Below the pieces are notes generated by a model that saw only the letters and a list, made by a program, of their open reading frames with translations, did not search any database and had not been told where the DNA came from. A DNA stretch of 64,000 nucleotides from Clostridia bacterium (GTDB lineage Bacteria; Bacillota; Clostridia; Christensenellales; CAG-917), in assembly GCA_900763875.1 (NCBI GenBank), contig CAAFLX010000001.1, forward strand, positions 10,752 to 74,751, read 5' to 3'. Within the stretch, counting starts at the first letter, position 1. Each line of letters starts with the position of its first letter. Below are positions 46,250 to 54,960 of this stretch, piece after piece. Made by a program: the position numbers and the translations under genes.

Positions 46250-47690
46250 CACAGTAAGAACGAGATTTGCACCGTCACCGACGGGCTTTATGCACATTGG
46301 CAACTTGCGTACGGGCTTGTACGCATTCCTTTTCGCGCGCAAAAACGGCGGAAAGTTTATTCTTCGCATCGAGGATACCGACCAAGAACGCAAGGTCGAA
46401 GGCGCGGTGGAAATGGTCTATCGCACCCTTGCGACGGCAGGTATAACCTATGACGAAGGCCCTGACAAGGACGGCGGCTACGGCCCGTACGTTCAAACGG
46501 AAAGAATGGGGCTTTACAAGGAGTACGCACAAAAGCTCGTGGAGCTTGGCGGCGCGTACTATTGTTTCTGCGACAAGGAAAGGCTTGAAAGCCTCAAAGA
46601 CGAGAACGGCGTTCACACCTATGACAAGCACTGCCGCAACCTCTCAAAAGAGGAAGTGCAAAGACGGCTTGACGCAGGCGAGCCGTACGTCATTCGCCAA
46701 AAAGTGCCCGATGGCGTGGTTTCGAGTTATGTCGATATGGTTTTTGGCGAGATAAGCGTTGACAGCGCGGACATCGAGGACGGCGTGCTTTTGAAGAGCG
46801 ACGGCTTGCCCACCTACAACTTTGCAAACGTCGTGGACGACCACCTTATGGGCATAACGCACGTGATAAGAGGCACGGAATATTTGAGCTCCACTCCCAA
46901 ATACAACCTCATTTACGACGCTTTCGGCTGGGATAGACCGATGTATATGCACCTGCCCCCGATTATGAAAGACCAAACGAGAAAGCTCTCAAAACGCTTT
47001 GGCGACGCCAACTTCGAGGACTTTATCTCAAAAGGATATTTGCCCGAGGCGGTTGTCAACTACATCGCGCTCCTTGGCTGGTGTCCGAAGGACAACAAGG
47101 AAAAGATGAGTATGGACGAGATGATCGAGGCGTTCGACGTTGACGGAATCTCCCATTCCAGCTCCATTTTCGACGAGGCAAAAATGCGTTGGCTCAACGG
47201 CGAATACCTCAAAGCAATGAGTCTCGAAGACTTCAAAAAAGTTGCCGCTCCGTGGATTGAAAAGGCAATCGGTGGCAAAGATTACGACGTTTGCGAGCTT
47301 GCCTCGCTTATGCAAACGAGAGTTGACATTTTGAGCGAGATTCCCGACAAACTTGCGTTCTTGAACGAGTTTGGCGAGTATGATCTCGATATGTACGTTC
47401 ACCAAAAAATGAAGGTGGACAAGGACGTTGCGCTCAAAGCGGTCGAAGTGTCGATTGCGGCTCTCAAAGACTTCGAGGATTGGAGCGCGGACGCAATCAA
47501 GGAGCAAATCAAAACTTGTGCCGAGCAAGCCGGTATGAAGGGCGGACAGGTTATGTTCTCCATGCGCGTTGCTTTGACGGGCGCGCCCGTCACCCCCGGC
47601 GGAGCAATCGAAATGGCAATGGTTCTCAAAAAAGACGAAACTTTGCGCCGCTTGAATTATTCTCTCGAACTTCTCAAAAACGCACGATAA
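46242..47690 (+). CDS. gltX: Glutamate--tRNA ligase
   Basis: RFAPSPTGFMHIGN (HIGH) motif and KLSKR (KMSKS) motif. 482 aa. Overlaps radC by 8 nt. Confidence 0.95.
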   Translation: MSDTVRTRFAPSPTGFMHIGNLRTGLYAFLFARKNGGKFILRIEDTDQERKVEGAVEMVYRTLATAGITYDEGPDKDGGYGPYVQTERMGLYKEYAQKLVELGGAYYCFCDKERLESLKDENGVHTYDKHCRNLSKEEVQRRLDAGEPYVIRQKVPDGVVSSYVDMVFGEISVDSADIEDGVLLKSDGLPTYNFANVVDDHLMGITHVIRGTEYLSSTPKYNLIYDAFGWDRPMYMHLPPIMKDQTRKLSKRFGDANFEDFISKGYLPEAVVNYIALLGWCPKDNKEKMSMDEMIEAFDVDGISHSSSIFDEAKMRWLNGEYLKAMSLEDFKKVAAPWIEKAIGGKDYDVCELASLMQTRVDILSEIPDKLAFLNEFGEYDLDMYVHQKMKVDKDVALKAVEVSIAALKDFEDWSADAIKEQIKTCAEQAGMKGGQVMFSMRVALTGAPVTPGGAIEMAMVLKKDETLRRLNYSLELLKNAR

Positions 47691-47730
47691 ACCTGTGCTT
47701 TTGATGAGATAAACATTATATTAGGTTGAT

Positions 47731-49656
47731 ATGACACAATCATTCTGCAAAAAAACGACAATATTCGCACTTGTTGCAACGCTGATTTTTGCAAGCGTTT
47801 TCGCAGTGCTTTTCACTCCGTATTCGACTGCCGAGGCTTTGAGCTGGGGTGGAAAAGATATGAGCGAGCAGTGGTATTATGCCGAGGAGTTTTTGGATAT
47901 CGCCGCCGCAAAAGAGGCTGTTGCAAAGTGGGATAAGTCAAAGATTGCAAAGCCGATTACGGTGGCTGTGGTGGACACGGGCATAGACGCAAATCACGAA
48001 CTTTTTGCCTTAGATAAGAACGGCGTGAGCGTGCTTTCAAAAAACGACAAGGGCGAGATTCTCGGCTACAACTCTCAAACGGGTGCGGACAAGGACGGCA
48101 ACGTTGTGATAAGTGACGCAACGAGCAAGCACGGCAGCAAAGTTGCGGGCAGCATCGCAATGCTCATTCGTGAATTCGGGCTTGAAAATTACGTCAAGAT
48201 TTATCCCATCAAAGCAAACGACGGGAGCAGTGACAATTTCAAACTTACAAGTCTTACGAGCGCGATAAACTGGGCGGTTGACAACGCAAAAGCCGACGTC
48301 ATCAATATGTCGCTGGGCTTGACCGCTGCAAATATTGCCGAGCTTAAAAGAAAGAAAGAACTCACCGCAACCCAAGAGAACGCATTTTCGACGGCGGTTG
48401 AAAACGCTCGTCGCAAATCGGTGGTCGTGGCGGCGGCAGGCAACAATCAAAAGTCCGACAAAAACGCCGACGACCTCTATTATCCTGCAGCATACCCCGG
48501 CGTGTTGTCTGTGATGAACGTTGACAAAAACGGAATTTACAAAACTTCCAACTTCGGCGCAACCTACACGCTCTGCGCTCCCGGCGTGAACGTCTACACG
48601 TCAAAAGGTTATCAAAACGCAAACGCTTACGGCACTGAAACGGGCACGAGTATGGCGGCGACTTTTGCAAGTTTTGCAACCGCTCTTTTGAAGTTGAGAT
48701 GTCAAATCGAGGGCAGGGATATGGATTCCGTCAAGCTCGCAAAAACCGTGAGCGCACTCTTGACAAAGACCGTCGAGAAAAACGGCGTAAGTTTCAAATC
48801 TCTTGACCTAAAATCGATTGCAACGGGGGATATGGACAAAATCGACTACAATTACGAACCCCCGAAAACCGTTGCAATCAGGCACAATGGCACTCTCGGC
48901 ACGGGTGAGTATGTAGGTATGATTTATATGCGCGCCGACCACGCTTTGCCGGTCACGTTCTATGCGCAAGTAAATCCCGTGGGCAAGGTTGACCCCGACG
49001 TTGAAAATTCGCTCGAATGGAGCATTACAAGGATAAAATCCGCCGATGACGACACCCCCGTTTCCTCTCCTCAAACCATTGGCAGCGGCACGAGCGTGAC
49101 CTACACTCCGACAAGGGGCGGCGACTTCATTGTTTCGGCAAAAATCCCCGGCTATGCCACCGAGGTGCAAACGGTGCAAATCCACGTGGAATACGGCAGT
49201 TATTATGTTGGCGAAGTCAGAGTGACTCTTGCAAGCGAGGCAAACAAAGACGTGGCGGACGCACCCTCTTTGGCAACGCTCTACACCACGGAAACAACGC
49301 GATTTGCGCTCACGGGCGTGCAATACCTCAACCCCGACGTCGAAACGCAATGGTTTGTCAACGGCAAGTACGTTGCCTCGGGCGCAACTTTTGACTTTAC
49401 GCCAAAGAAAGCGGGGACGTATTTCATCACCGCCAAGTACGGCGACAACGCCACGGTTGACTTTCAATACAAGTTCACCGCCAACGTCAAGTCGTTCATT
49501 GCCCGTCCTCTCGACCTATCTATGTTGATACTCGGTTTGACTGTCGTAGTCGGCGCAATCGTCACGGTGTGCGTTCTGTCCGTGCGCAAGAAAAAGACGG
49601 CAAAAGATGTTGCGGAGCAAACCGAAACAAGCGAGCAAAACGAAACAAACGATTGA
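47731..49656 (+). CDS. Subtilisin-like (S8) serine peptidase with signal peptide and C-terminal TM anchor
   Basis: Catalytic motifs VVDTGID (Asp), HGSKVAG (His) and GTSMAA (Ser). N-terminal signal sequence and a C-terminal hydrophobic helix followed by RKKK. Confidence 0.85.
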   Translation: MTQSFCKKTTIFALVATLIFASVFAVLFTPYSTAEALSWGGKDMSEQWYYAEEFLDIAAAKEAVAKWDKSKIAKPITVAVVDTGIDANHELFALDKNGVSVLSKNDKGEILGYNSQTGADKDGNVVISDATSKHGSKVAGSIAMLIREFGLENYVKIYPIKANDGSSDNFKLTSLTSAINWAVDNAKADVINMSLGLTAANIAELKRKKELTATQENAFSTAVENARRKSVVVAAAGNNQKSDKNADDLYYPAAYPGVLSVMNVDKNGIYKTSNFGATYTLCAPGVNVYTSKGYQNANAYGTETGTSMAATFASFATALLKLRCQIEGRDMDSVKLAKTVSALLTKTVEKNGVSFKSLDLKSIATGDMDKIDYNYEPPKTVAIRHNGTLGTGEYVGMIYMRADHALPVTFYAQVNPVGKVDPDVENSLEWSITRIKSADDDTPVSSPQTIGSGTSVTYTPTRGGDFIVSAKIPGYATEVQTVQIHVEYGSYYVGEVRVTLASEANKDVADAPSLATLYTTETTRFALTGVQYLNPDVETQWFVNGKYVASGATFDFTPKKAGTYFITAKYGDNATVDFQYKFTANVKSFIARPLDLSMLILGLTVVVGAIVTVCVLSVRKKKTAKDVAEQTETSEQNETND

Positions 49657-49711
49657 TTGAAATACATTTGCGTTGACCAAGCAATCTGTATTGATAATTC
49701 AAAAAGAATTG

Positions 49712-49739
49712 AAAAACGGCACTTTTCAGTGCCGTTTTC
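49712..49739. terminator. Bidirectional terminator between convergent genes
   Basis: AAAACGGCAC-TTTTCA-GTGCCGTTTT, a perfect 10-bp stem with A/T runs on both sides. Confidence 0.8.
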
Positions 49740-49741
49740 GA

Positions 49742-50473
49742 TTAGTTTTCGGGTTTTTTCCAAAGGTTGTTGCGCTCGGGGTGGTATATCGCGCCGAGTA
49801 TGCGCTGTTTTGCAAACGGTATGTCCTTGCAAATAGTTTTTATGAGGTTTTTCATATACTCTCGTTGTGACTCGTGATTCATAGGGCAGGGGTTGTGCAC
49901 GAGCGGCAAATTGAGGCGTTTCACGGTGGATATGATGTCGTATTCCTCGATATAAATTAGAGGTCGAATGAGCGCGACGCCCGATTTGTCCATATACGCC
50001 GTCGGGGGAAAACAAGAGAATCTGCCCTCATACAAGAGGGACAAAAGCATAGTTTCGGCAACGTCGTCGGCGTTGTGACCGAGCGCGAGTTTGCCGCCGC
50101 CGAGGCGGTTTATTTCGTTGTTGAGCGCGCCCCTTCTCATCTTTGCGCAGAGGGAGCAGGGATTTGATTCCTTGCGCTCGTCAAATATGATTTCGGCAAT
50201 ATCCGTTTTCAAAAGGTGGTGGGGCACGCCAAGACTCTCACAGTAGTCAATCAAGGCTTGCATCTCGTTTCTATCTGTGTCTTTAAGCCCCATATCCACG
50301 GTGATAGCCTCAAGGGTGTATCGTTCGGGCGAAAAGCGGCGGTAGTCGGCAAGCGCGCGCAAAAGCAGAGTGCTGTCCTTGCCTCCCGACAGTCCCACGA
50401 AAATTCTGTCGCCGTCCTCTATCATACGGTAGTCTTGAACGGCTCTTCTCATTGCGGATAATATTTTTTGCAT
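49742..50473 (-). CDS. ttcA: PP-loop ATPase, tRNA 2-thiocytidine biosynthesis TtcA-like
   Basis: SGGKDS PP-loop and CSLCAKMRRG motif. 243 aa. Confidence 0.8.
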   Translation of the reverse strand: MQKILSAMRRAVQDYRMIEDGDRIFVGLSGGKDSTLLLRALADYRRFSPERYTLEAITVDMGLKDTDRNEMQALIDYCESLGVPHHLLKTDIAEIIFDERKESNPCSLCAKMRRGALNNEINRLGGGKLALGHNADDVAETMLLSLLYEGRFSCFPPTAYMDKSGVALIRPLIYIEEYDIISTVKRLNLPLVHNPCPMNHESQREYMKNLIKTICKDIPFAKQRILGAIYHPERNNLWKKPEN

Positions 50474-50616
50474 AGTGCGTTGTTGAAATAAAATTGTTGT
50501 TGCAATACTGTTTCGACAAAATTATATATAAGCGCGCGAGATTTTGCAAGCGGAACGGCGCAAATCGCCTTGACATAAACCGAGAGGATATTTATACTTT
50601 TGGTGAGGAAACCGCA

Positions 50617-51462
50617 ATGATCGAGCAACTTATCACCCAACTATCCGACGCCATAGGCAACCCATATTTGACGCTGTACGTGATTTCGATTATACCCATA
50701 ATCGAGTTGCGCGGAGCAATTTTGTTTATGCCGTATATGTTTGACACCATCGGCGAAATGATGTTGGGTATGCTTTGCTGCATCGCAGGTTCGACCACGG
50801 TCATCGTGCCGCTCATTCTCGTCACAAGACCGCTTTTGAGAAAGTTGCGCCACTCCAAGTGGTTTTCAAAAATTGCCAAGCGTATGGAAGTCAATCTCGC
50901 CGACAGGGCAGAGAGCGCGTACAGCGAGGAGAAAAACGACAAAATCGACGAACTAAAAGCCAAGCGCAGTCGCAAGCCCCTCTCCAAGGACGGCAAAAAG
51001 TTTTTGGGGCTGTTCGTATTTGTGGCAATCCCTCTTCCGATGACGGGGGCGTGGACAGGCTCGTGCATAGGCAGCTTTTTGGATTTCCCCGTGTGGAAAG
51101 CGTCGCTTGCGGTGTTTTTTGGCAATATCATAGCAGGGCTTATCCTCACGACAATCGCCTATTTTTTGCCGCGCCAGTATGCCGACGTGTTCCTCTACGG
51201 ATTTGTGGTGTTGGCGGTCGCAATCGGGTTTATGCTCTACTTCTCGCGCTCCAAACGCCTCGAAAGAAAGCGCACGGCAGAGCTTGAAAAGTACGCAAGC
51301 AAAAGCGAGTACGAGCTTGCGCTCCTCAAAAAAGAAGCGGACGAGGACGGCAAAATCCTCATCAAAAAAGAGTACGTTGACGAAAACGGCGACAAGCATA
51401 TCGTCATCGGTCACGACGAAAAACGCAACAAATCCATCGTCGATAAGGACGACCTAATCTGA
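50617..51462 (+). CDS. Small multidrug-export-like membrane protein (COG2426) with K/E-rich C-terminal extension
   Basis: Start moved to ATG 50617, behind GGTGAGGAA. IPIIELRGAI motif and 4-5 TM segments. The charged tail is about 70 aa. Confidence 0.6.
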   Translation: MIEQLITQLSDAIGNPYLTLYVISIIPIIELRGAILFMPYMFDTIGEMMLGMLCCIAGSTTVIVPLILVTRPLLRKLRHSKWFSKIAKRMEVNLADRAESAYSEEKNDKIDELKAKRSRKPLSKDGKKFLGLFVFVAIPLPMTGAWTGSCIGSFLDFPVWKASLAVFFGNIIAGLILTTIAYFLPRQYADVFLYGFVVLAVAIGFMLYFSRSKRLERKRTAELEKYASKSEYELALLKKEADEDGKILIKKEYVDENGDKHIVIGHDEKRNKSIVDKDDLI

Positions 51463-51562
51463 AAGCCCAATCCAAAACGCAACCTTGTTTTTTATAGAAA
51501 CGGTTGTGTTTTTTTTGGAGAAGTTGTATAATATCTTCGAAATAAAATTTGGAGGCAACACT

Positions 51563-52492
51563 ATGCCATTAGTCACATCAACCGAAATGTTCAAAAAAGC
51601 ATATGCAGGCGGTTACGCAATCGGTGCGTTCAACGTCAACAATATGGAAATCATCCAAGGTATCGTTGAAGCCGCAACTGAGGAGCAAGCTCCACTCATT
51701 CTTCAGGTTTCCTCCGGCGCAAGAAAATACGCAAACACAACCTACCTCACCAAGATGGTTGAAGCGGCAGTCGAAACCAGCGGTCTTCCCATCTGCTTGC
51801 ACCTCGACCACGGCGATACTTTTGCGCTTTGCAAGGACTGCGTTGACAGCGGCTTTACTTCCGTTATGATCGACGCAAGCGCACATCCGTTTGCAGAAAA
51901 CATCTCAATCACAAAGCAAGTTGTCGAGTACGCTCACGACCACGGCGTTGTCGTCGAGGCGGAACTTGGCAAGCTCGCAGGCATCGAGGACGCTGTCAAC
52001 GTCTCGGCAAAAGACGCTCAATTCACCGATCCCGACCAAGTCGAAGAGTTTGTCCACAAGACCGGCGTCGATTCCTTGGCAATCGCAATCGGCACGTCCC
52101 ACGGCGCATACAAATTCAAAGGTCAACCGCAACTGCGTTTCGACATCCTCGAAGAAGTCAGCAAGCGTTTGCCCGGTTTCCCCATCGTCTTGCACGGCGC
52201 GTCTTCCGTTCCTCAAGACCTCGTTGCCAAAATCAACCAATACGGCGGCAGTATGCCCGGCGCACAAGGCGTCCCCGAAGAGATGCTCCGCAAAGCAGCG
52301 TCCATGGCTGTTTGCAAAATCAACATCGACTCCGACCTCAGACTCGCCGTCACCGCCACCATTCGTGAGCACTTTGCTCTCAATCCCGCCCACTTCGACC
52401 CCCGCCAATACCTCGGCCCGGCAAGAGAAGCAGTGAAACAAGTGGTGAAGCATAAGTTGGTGGATGTGCTTGGCTGCAACGGCAAAGCCTAA
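51563..52492 (+). CDS. fba: Class II fructose-1,6-bisphosphate aldolase
   Basis: Start moved to ATG 51563, behind GGAGG (51551-51555). LHLDHG and VLHGASS motifs. 309 aa. Confidence 0.95.
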   Translation: MPLVTSTEMFKKAYAGGYAIGAFNVNNMEIIQGIVEAATEEQAPLILQVSSGARKYANTTYLTKMVEAAVETSGLPICLHLDHGDTFALCKDCVDSGFTSVMIDASAHPFAENISITKQVVEYAHDHGVVVEAELGKLAGIEDAVNVSAKDAQFTDPDQVEEFVHKTGVDSLAIAIGTSHGAYKFKGQPQLRFDILEEVSKRLPGFPIVLHGASSVPQDLVAKINQYGGSMPGAQGVPEEMLRKAASMAVCKINIDSDLRLAVTATIREHFALNPAHFDPRQYLGPAREAVKQVVKHKLVDVLGCNGKA

Positions 52493-52614
52493 AACGACGC
52501 TATTGAGCGAATAACTTCGTCAGAGCCTGCCCCATAAACAGTCACGTACAACGAGTACGCTCCTGTCTATGTTGGCAGGCTCTTCCTTGTTCTTCATCTC
52601 AATATCGTCGTTTT
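52491..52614 (+). repeat. Structured hairpin repeat, copy C
   Basis: The outer stem AAAACGACGCTATTGAG pairs with CTCAATATCGTCGTTTT. The inner stem AGCCTGCC pairs with GGCAGGCT. The conserved blocks are the same as in copy A. It starts at the fba stop codon. Confidence 0.8.
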
Positions 52615-52720
52615 AACCACAGCAAATAACTTCGTCAGAGCCTGCCTCATAAACATTCACGTACACAGAGTGCGTTCCTGTCTATATGTTGGCAGGCTCT
52701 TTTTCGTTCTTGATTTCACT
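52615..52720 (+). repeat. Structured hairpin repeat, copy D (diverged)
   Basis: CAAATAACTTCGTCAG, the AGCCTGCC/GGCAGGCT stem, AAACATTCACGTACACAGAGTGCGTTCCTGTCT, and CTTTTTCGTTCTTGAT. No outer stem. Confidence 0.65.
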
Positions 52721-52761
52721 TCGCGTAGAGGACGAACAACACATATGAAAAAGACGTAGTA

Positions 52762-52790
52762 TTGACAGGGTGTGGCCGAAATGATATTAT
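52762..52790 (+). promoter_or_regulatory. Promoter TTGACA-17 bp-TATTAT with TG extension
   Basis: TTGACA at 52762-52767 and TGATATTAT at 52782-52790. Confidence 0.55.
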
Positions 52791-52940
52791 AAAAGTGCGA
52801 CCAATCTAAATGCGACTATACAAAACGATGAATCGGGAAACAGGCGCAATGCAAAAAAGCACGTTTGTTTTCTCGGTGCAATGTTTCTTCAAAGTAACCC
52901 AAATTGAACGAAAAATTGAAAAACGGGAGGTTTTACAATT

Positions 52941-54398
52941 ATGAAAAGGCTACTTTTATGTTTGTTGTCACTTGTTTGTGCCGTATGCTTGTTTGCTGCA
53001 TGCAACAAAGATACACGATATAAGATAACGTTTCAGGACTTGTCCGCACTGCCCGATGGCATAGAGAGCGTCAAAAACGGACAGGGAACTATGGCGAGCG
53101 GAAGCGGAAACGTCGAAACCATCTATTTTACGTCTGGCAAAGGCGGCTCGTTTTTTGTGACGGTCACGTTCAAAGACGGCTACGATAAAGGCGACTTTAA
53201 GATTTTTGCCAACGGAAAGGAAGCGACGATCAAAAACGACAACGACAAAGTCGTTGATTACGAAGTTTATCCGACTTCCGACGTCCACATTACTTTTTCG
53301 GGCAAGCCCACATTAAAAAGTTTCAACGTGACGGCGACCTATGACGACAACGATCAGGAGCAAGTTTTAGACGAGTTTTCCTATGAATTGAAGTGCGTAT
53401 TCGGAACGGAAGAATCTGCGCCCGTAAAAGCAGCCACTCTTGCAGAATTGAAAAACAAAATCAATTCGGACATAAAAACCGTCAAATACGGCACGAAAAT
53501 CACTATAACGGCTACACATACGGGTGAAATTGCTTTTCCTGCCGACAATACGATTCATTGTCAATATTCGGGACATTACAAGTATGTTGAAAAAACAACA
53601 AAAATCGTCGGCGATAAACAGCTAAAAACTTGGGAGATTGCGGTTGTGTCCGACGTTGAAATACAACTGCGCCTCAGCTCTACCGCACAATCGTATTCGC
53701 GCAGCGTATACACTGACACAACGGTTTTGTATAGCGGAGTGTATGACGGCGATTTCAACGAGATAGCAACGCTCCAAGCACTTTACGATACGAATGGCAA
53801 AATTTACGCGCCGCTCCGCGATAACGCCGTTGTCCGTCATCTTGCCGAAAAATATAAAAAACTTACTATAAACGGCAAAACCGCGGACGGTAAATTTTTC
53901 TATAACCAAGCGGATAAACGTTGGTATGTTGAGCTCGACAAACCCTCAACCTACCCAAACGGAAGGGCGGACGGTTATGACGTTGATTTTGCCAAAGGCG
54001 TGGACGATTATATGAGCGGCGACTCCGCCTTGACGCGCGACAACATCGAGTTTAAGTCGCAGATTATGGACTGGGGCGAAAACCAATATCTCATGGTATG
54101 TGACGAATACGATGGTTATCGGCTCAAAAACAATAGATATTCGCTTGGTTTATGCTTTGCAAGCACCACGAACGATATCAAGGTGATTGTCAACGGCACA
54201 AAAGAAGTCGTTTTCCGCAACATACAAACGGTTGACGAAGAAACCAAAGAGTTTGCAACGATTTATCGTCGCGGCGGAAATAATGCCGAATATAACGGAA
54301 GTTACGGGGGTAACAACGGCAAAGACGAAACGCACAGAATTGCTTTCGATCCGTCAACAATCGGAGAAATAACGCGCGTTGAAATCGTGCTTGTTTAA
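52941..54398 (+). CDS. Hypothetical lipoprotein (485 aa)
   Basis: Signal peptide with the lipobox LFAAC. I recognise no domains. Confidence 0.75.
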   Translation: MKRLLLCLLSLVCAVCLFAACNKDTRYKITFQDLSALPDGIESVKNGQGTMASGSGNVETIYFTSGKGGSFFVTVTFKDGYDKGDFKIFANGKEATIKNDNDKVVDYEVYPTSDVHITFSGKPTLKSFNVTATYDDNDQEQVLDEFSYELKCVFGTEESAPVKAATLAELKNKINSDIKTVKYGTKITITATHTGEIAFPADNTIHCQYSGHYKYVEKTTKIVGDKQLKTWEIAVVSDVEIQLRLSSTAQSYSRSVYTDTTVLYSGVYDGDFNEIATLQALYDTNGKIYAPLRDNAVVRHLAEKYKKLTINGKTADGKFFYNQADKRWYVELDKPSTYPNGRADGYDVDFAKGVDDYMSGDSALTRDNIEFKSQIMDWGENQYLMVCDEYDGYRLKNNRYSLGLCFASTTNDIKVIVNGTKEVVFRNIQTVDEETKEFATIYRRGGNNAEYNGSYGGNNGKDETHRIAFDPSTIGEITRVEIVLV

Positions 54399-54431
54399 GA
54401 GTTGCGGAGAAAGTCGGGTGACATAATTCCC

Positions 54432-54460
54432 TTGACAAATCGGGGGTGCGGGGTTATAGT
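54432..54460 (+). promoter_or_regulatory. Promoter TTGACA-17 bp-TATAGT of the small ORF
   Basis: TTGACA at 54432-54437 and TATAGT at 54455-54460, followed by AGGAGG at 54474-54479. Confidence 0.6.
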
Positions 54461-54492
54461 TTTCTCATCAAACAGGAGGCGGAAGTGCGGAT

Positions 54493-54636
54493 ATGACAAT
54501 AAATACGGTTTTTGACAACAACAATGCGTTTTCTTCTGCTTTCAAGGCGGTTGCTTTTGCGAGCGGCTCTCAATTTGTCGAGGGCGGATATTGCTATTAT
54601 TACGGTGGTATGGACAAATCTCGCAAAGGATGCTGA
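54493..54636 (+). CDS. 47-codon Tyr/Phe-rich small ORF (candidate leader peptide, or a small secreted peptide)
   Basis: I translated it by hand because it falls below the ORF-track length cut-off: MTINTVFDNNNAFSSAFKAVAFASGSQFVEGGYCYYYGGMDKSRKGC. It has its own promoter, SD and terminator, and contains 5 Phe and 4 Tyr codons (YCYYY at 54589-54603). Confidence 0.55.
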   Translation: MTINTVFDNNNAFSSAFKAVAFASGSQFVEGGYCYYYGGMDKSRKGC

Positions 54637-54663
54637 CTGAGACGGTTTTGAGCTGTACAAAAT

Positions 54664-54694
54664 AAAGGCGATTCCTTTGCGGAGTCGCTTTTTT
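54664..54694 (+). terminator. Rho-independent terminator / attenuator hairpin
   Basis: GCGATTCC (54668-54675) pairs with GGAGTCGC (54681-54688). The stem is 8 bp including one G-U, the loop is TTTGC, and T6 follows (54689-54694). Confidence 0.7.
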
Positions 54695-54700
54695 GATAGC

Positions 54701-54842
54701 GTTGCGGTGCTTTGTAAACAACGATTGCACACTTGTCAATGGCGATTGCACGCTTTGCAAACAATGATAGCACACTTGACAACAGCTGTTGCACGCTTTG
54801 CAAACAACGCTTGTCAATGGCTGTTGCACGCTTGGAAAAAGG
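54701..54842 (+). repeat. Array of ~6.5 direct repeats with mostly 21-23-bp period (TTGCACRCTTTGYMAA-like, two alternating subtypes)
   Basis: TTGCAC-like heads occur at 54702, 54725, 54746, 54768, 54789 and 54824. The subtype GATTGCACGCTTTGCAAACAA alternates with GATTGCACACTTGTCAATGGC / GATAGCACACTTGACAACAGC. Confidence 0.7.
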
Positions 54843-54920
54843 CGGCATGGGCGGCGGAGATGTATATGCGAGGGGAATCCGCAATCGGGAGCAAGGGCGC
54901 GCAAACGGTTGAGAGTGCGT

Positions 54921-54960
54921 CGAAAACGTGCGAAAATCGGGCAAAATATGCGAAAAATCG
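54921..54960 (+). promoter_or_regulatory. Four A-tracts in exact 10-bp phase upstream of the pheA promoter region
   Basis: CGAAAACGTG CGAAAATCGG GCAAAATATG CGAAAAATCG. TATAAT hexamers follow at 54988-54993 and 55004-55009. Confidence 0.6.
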
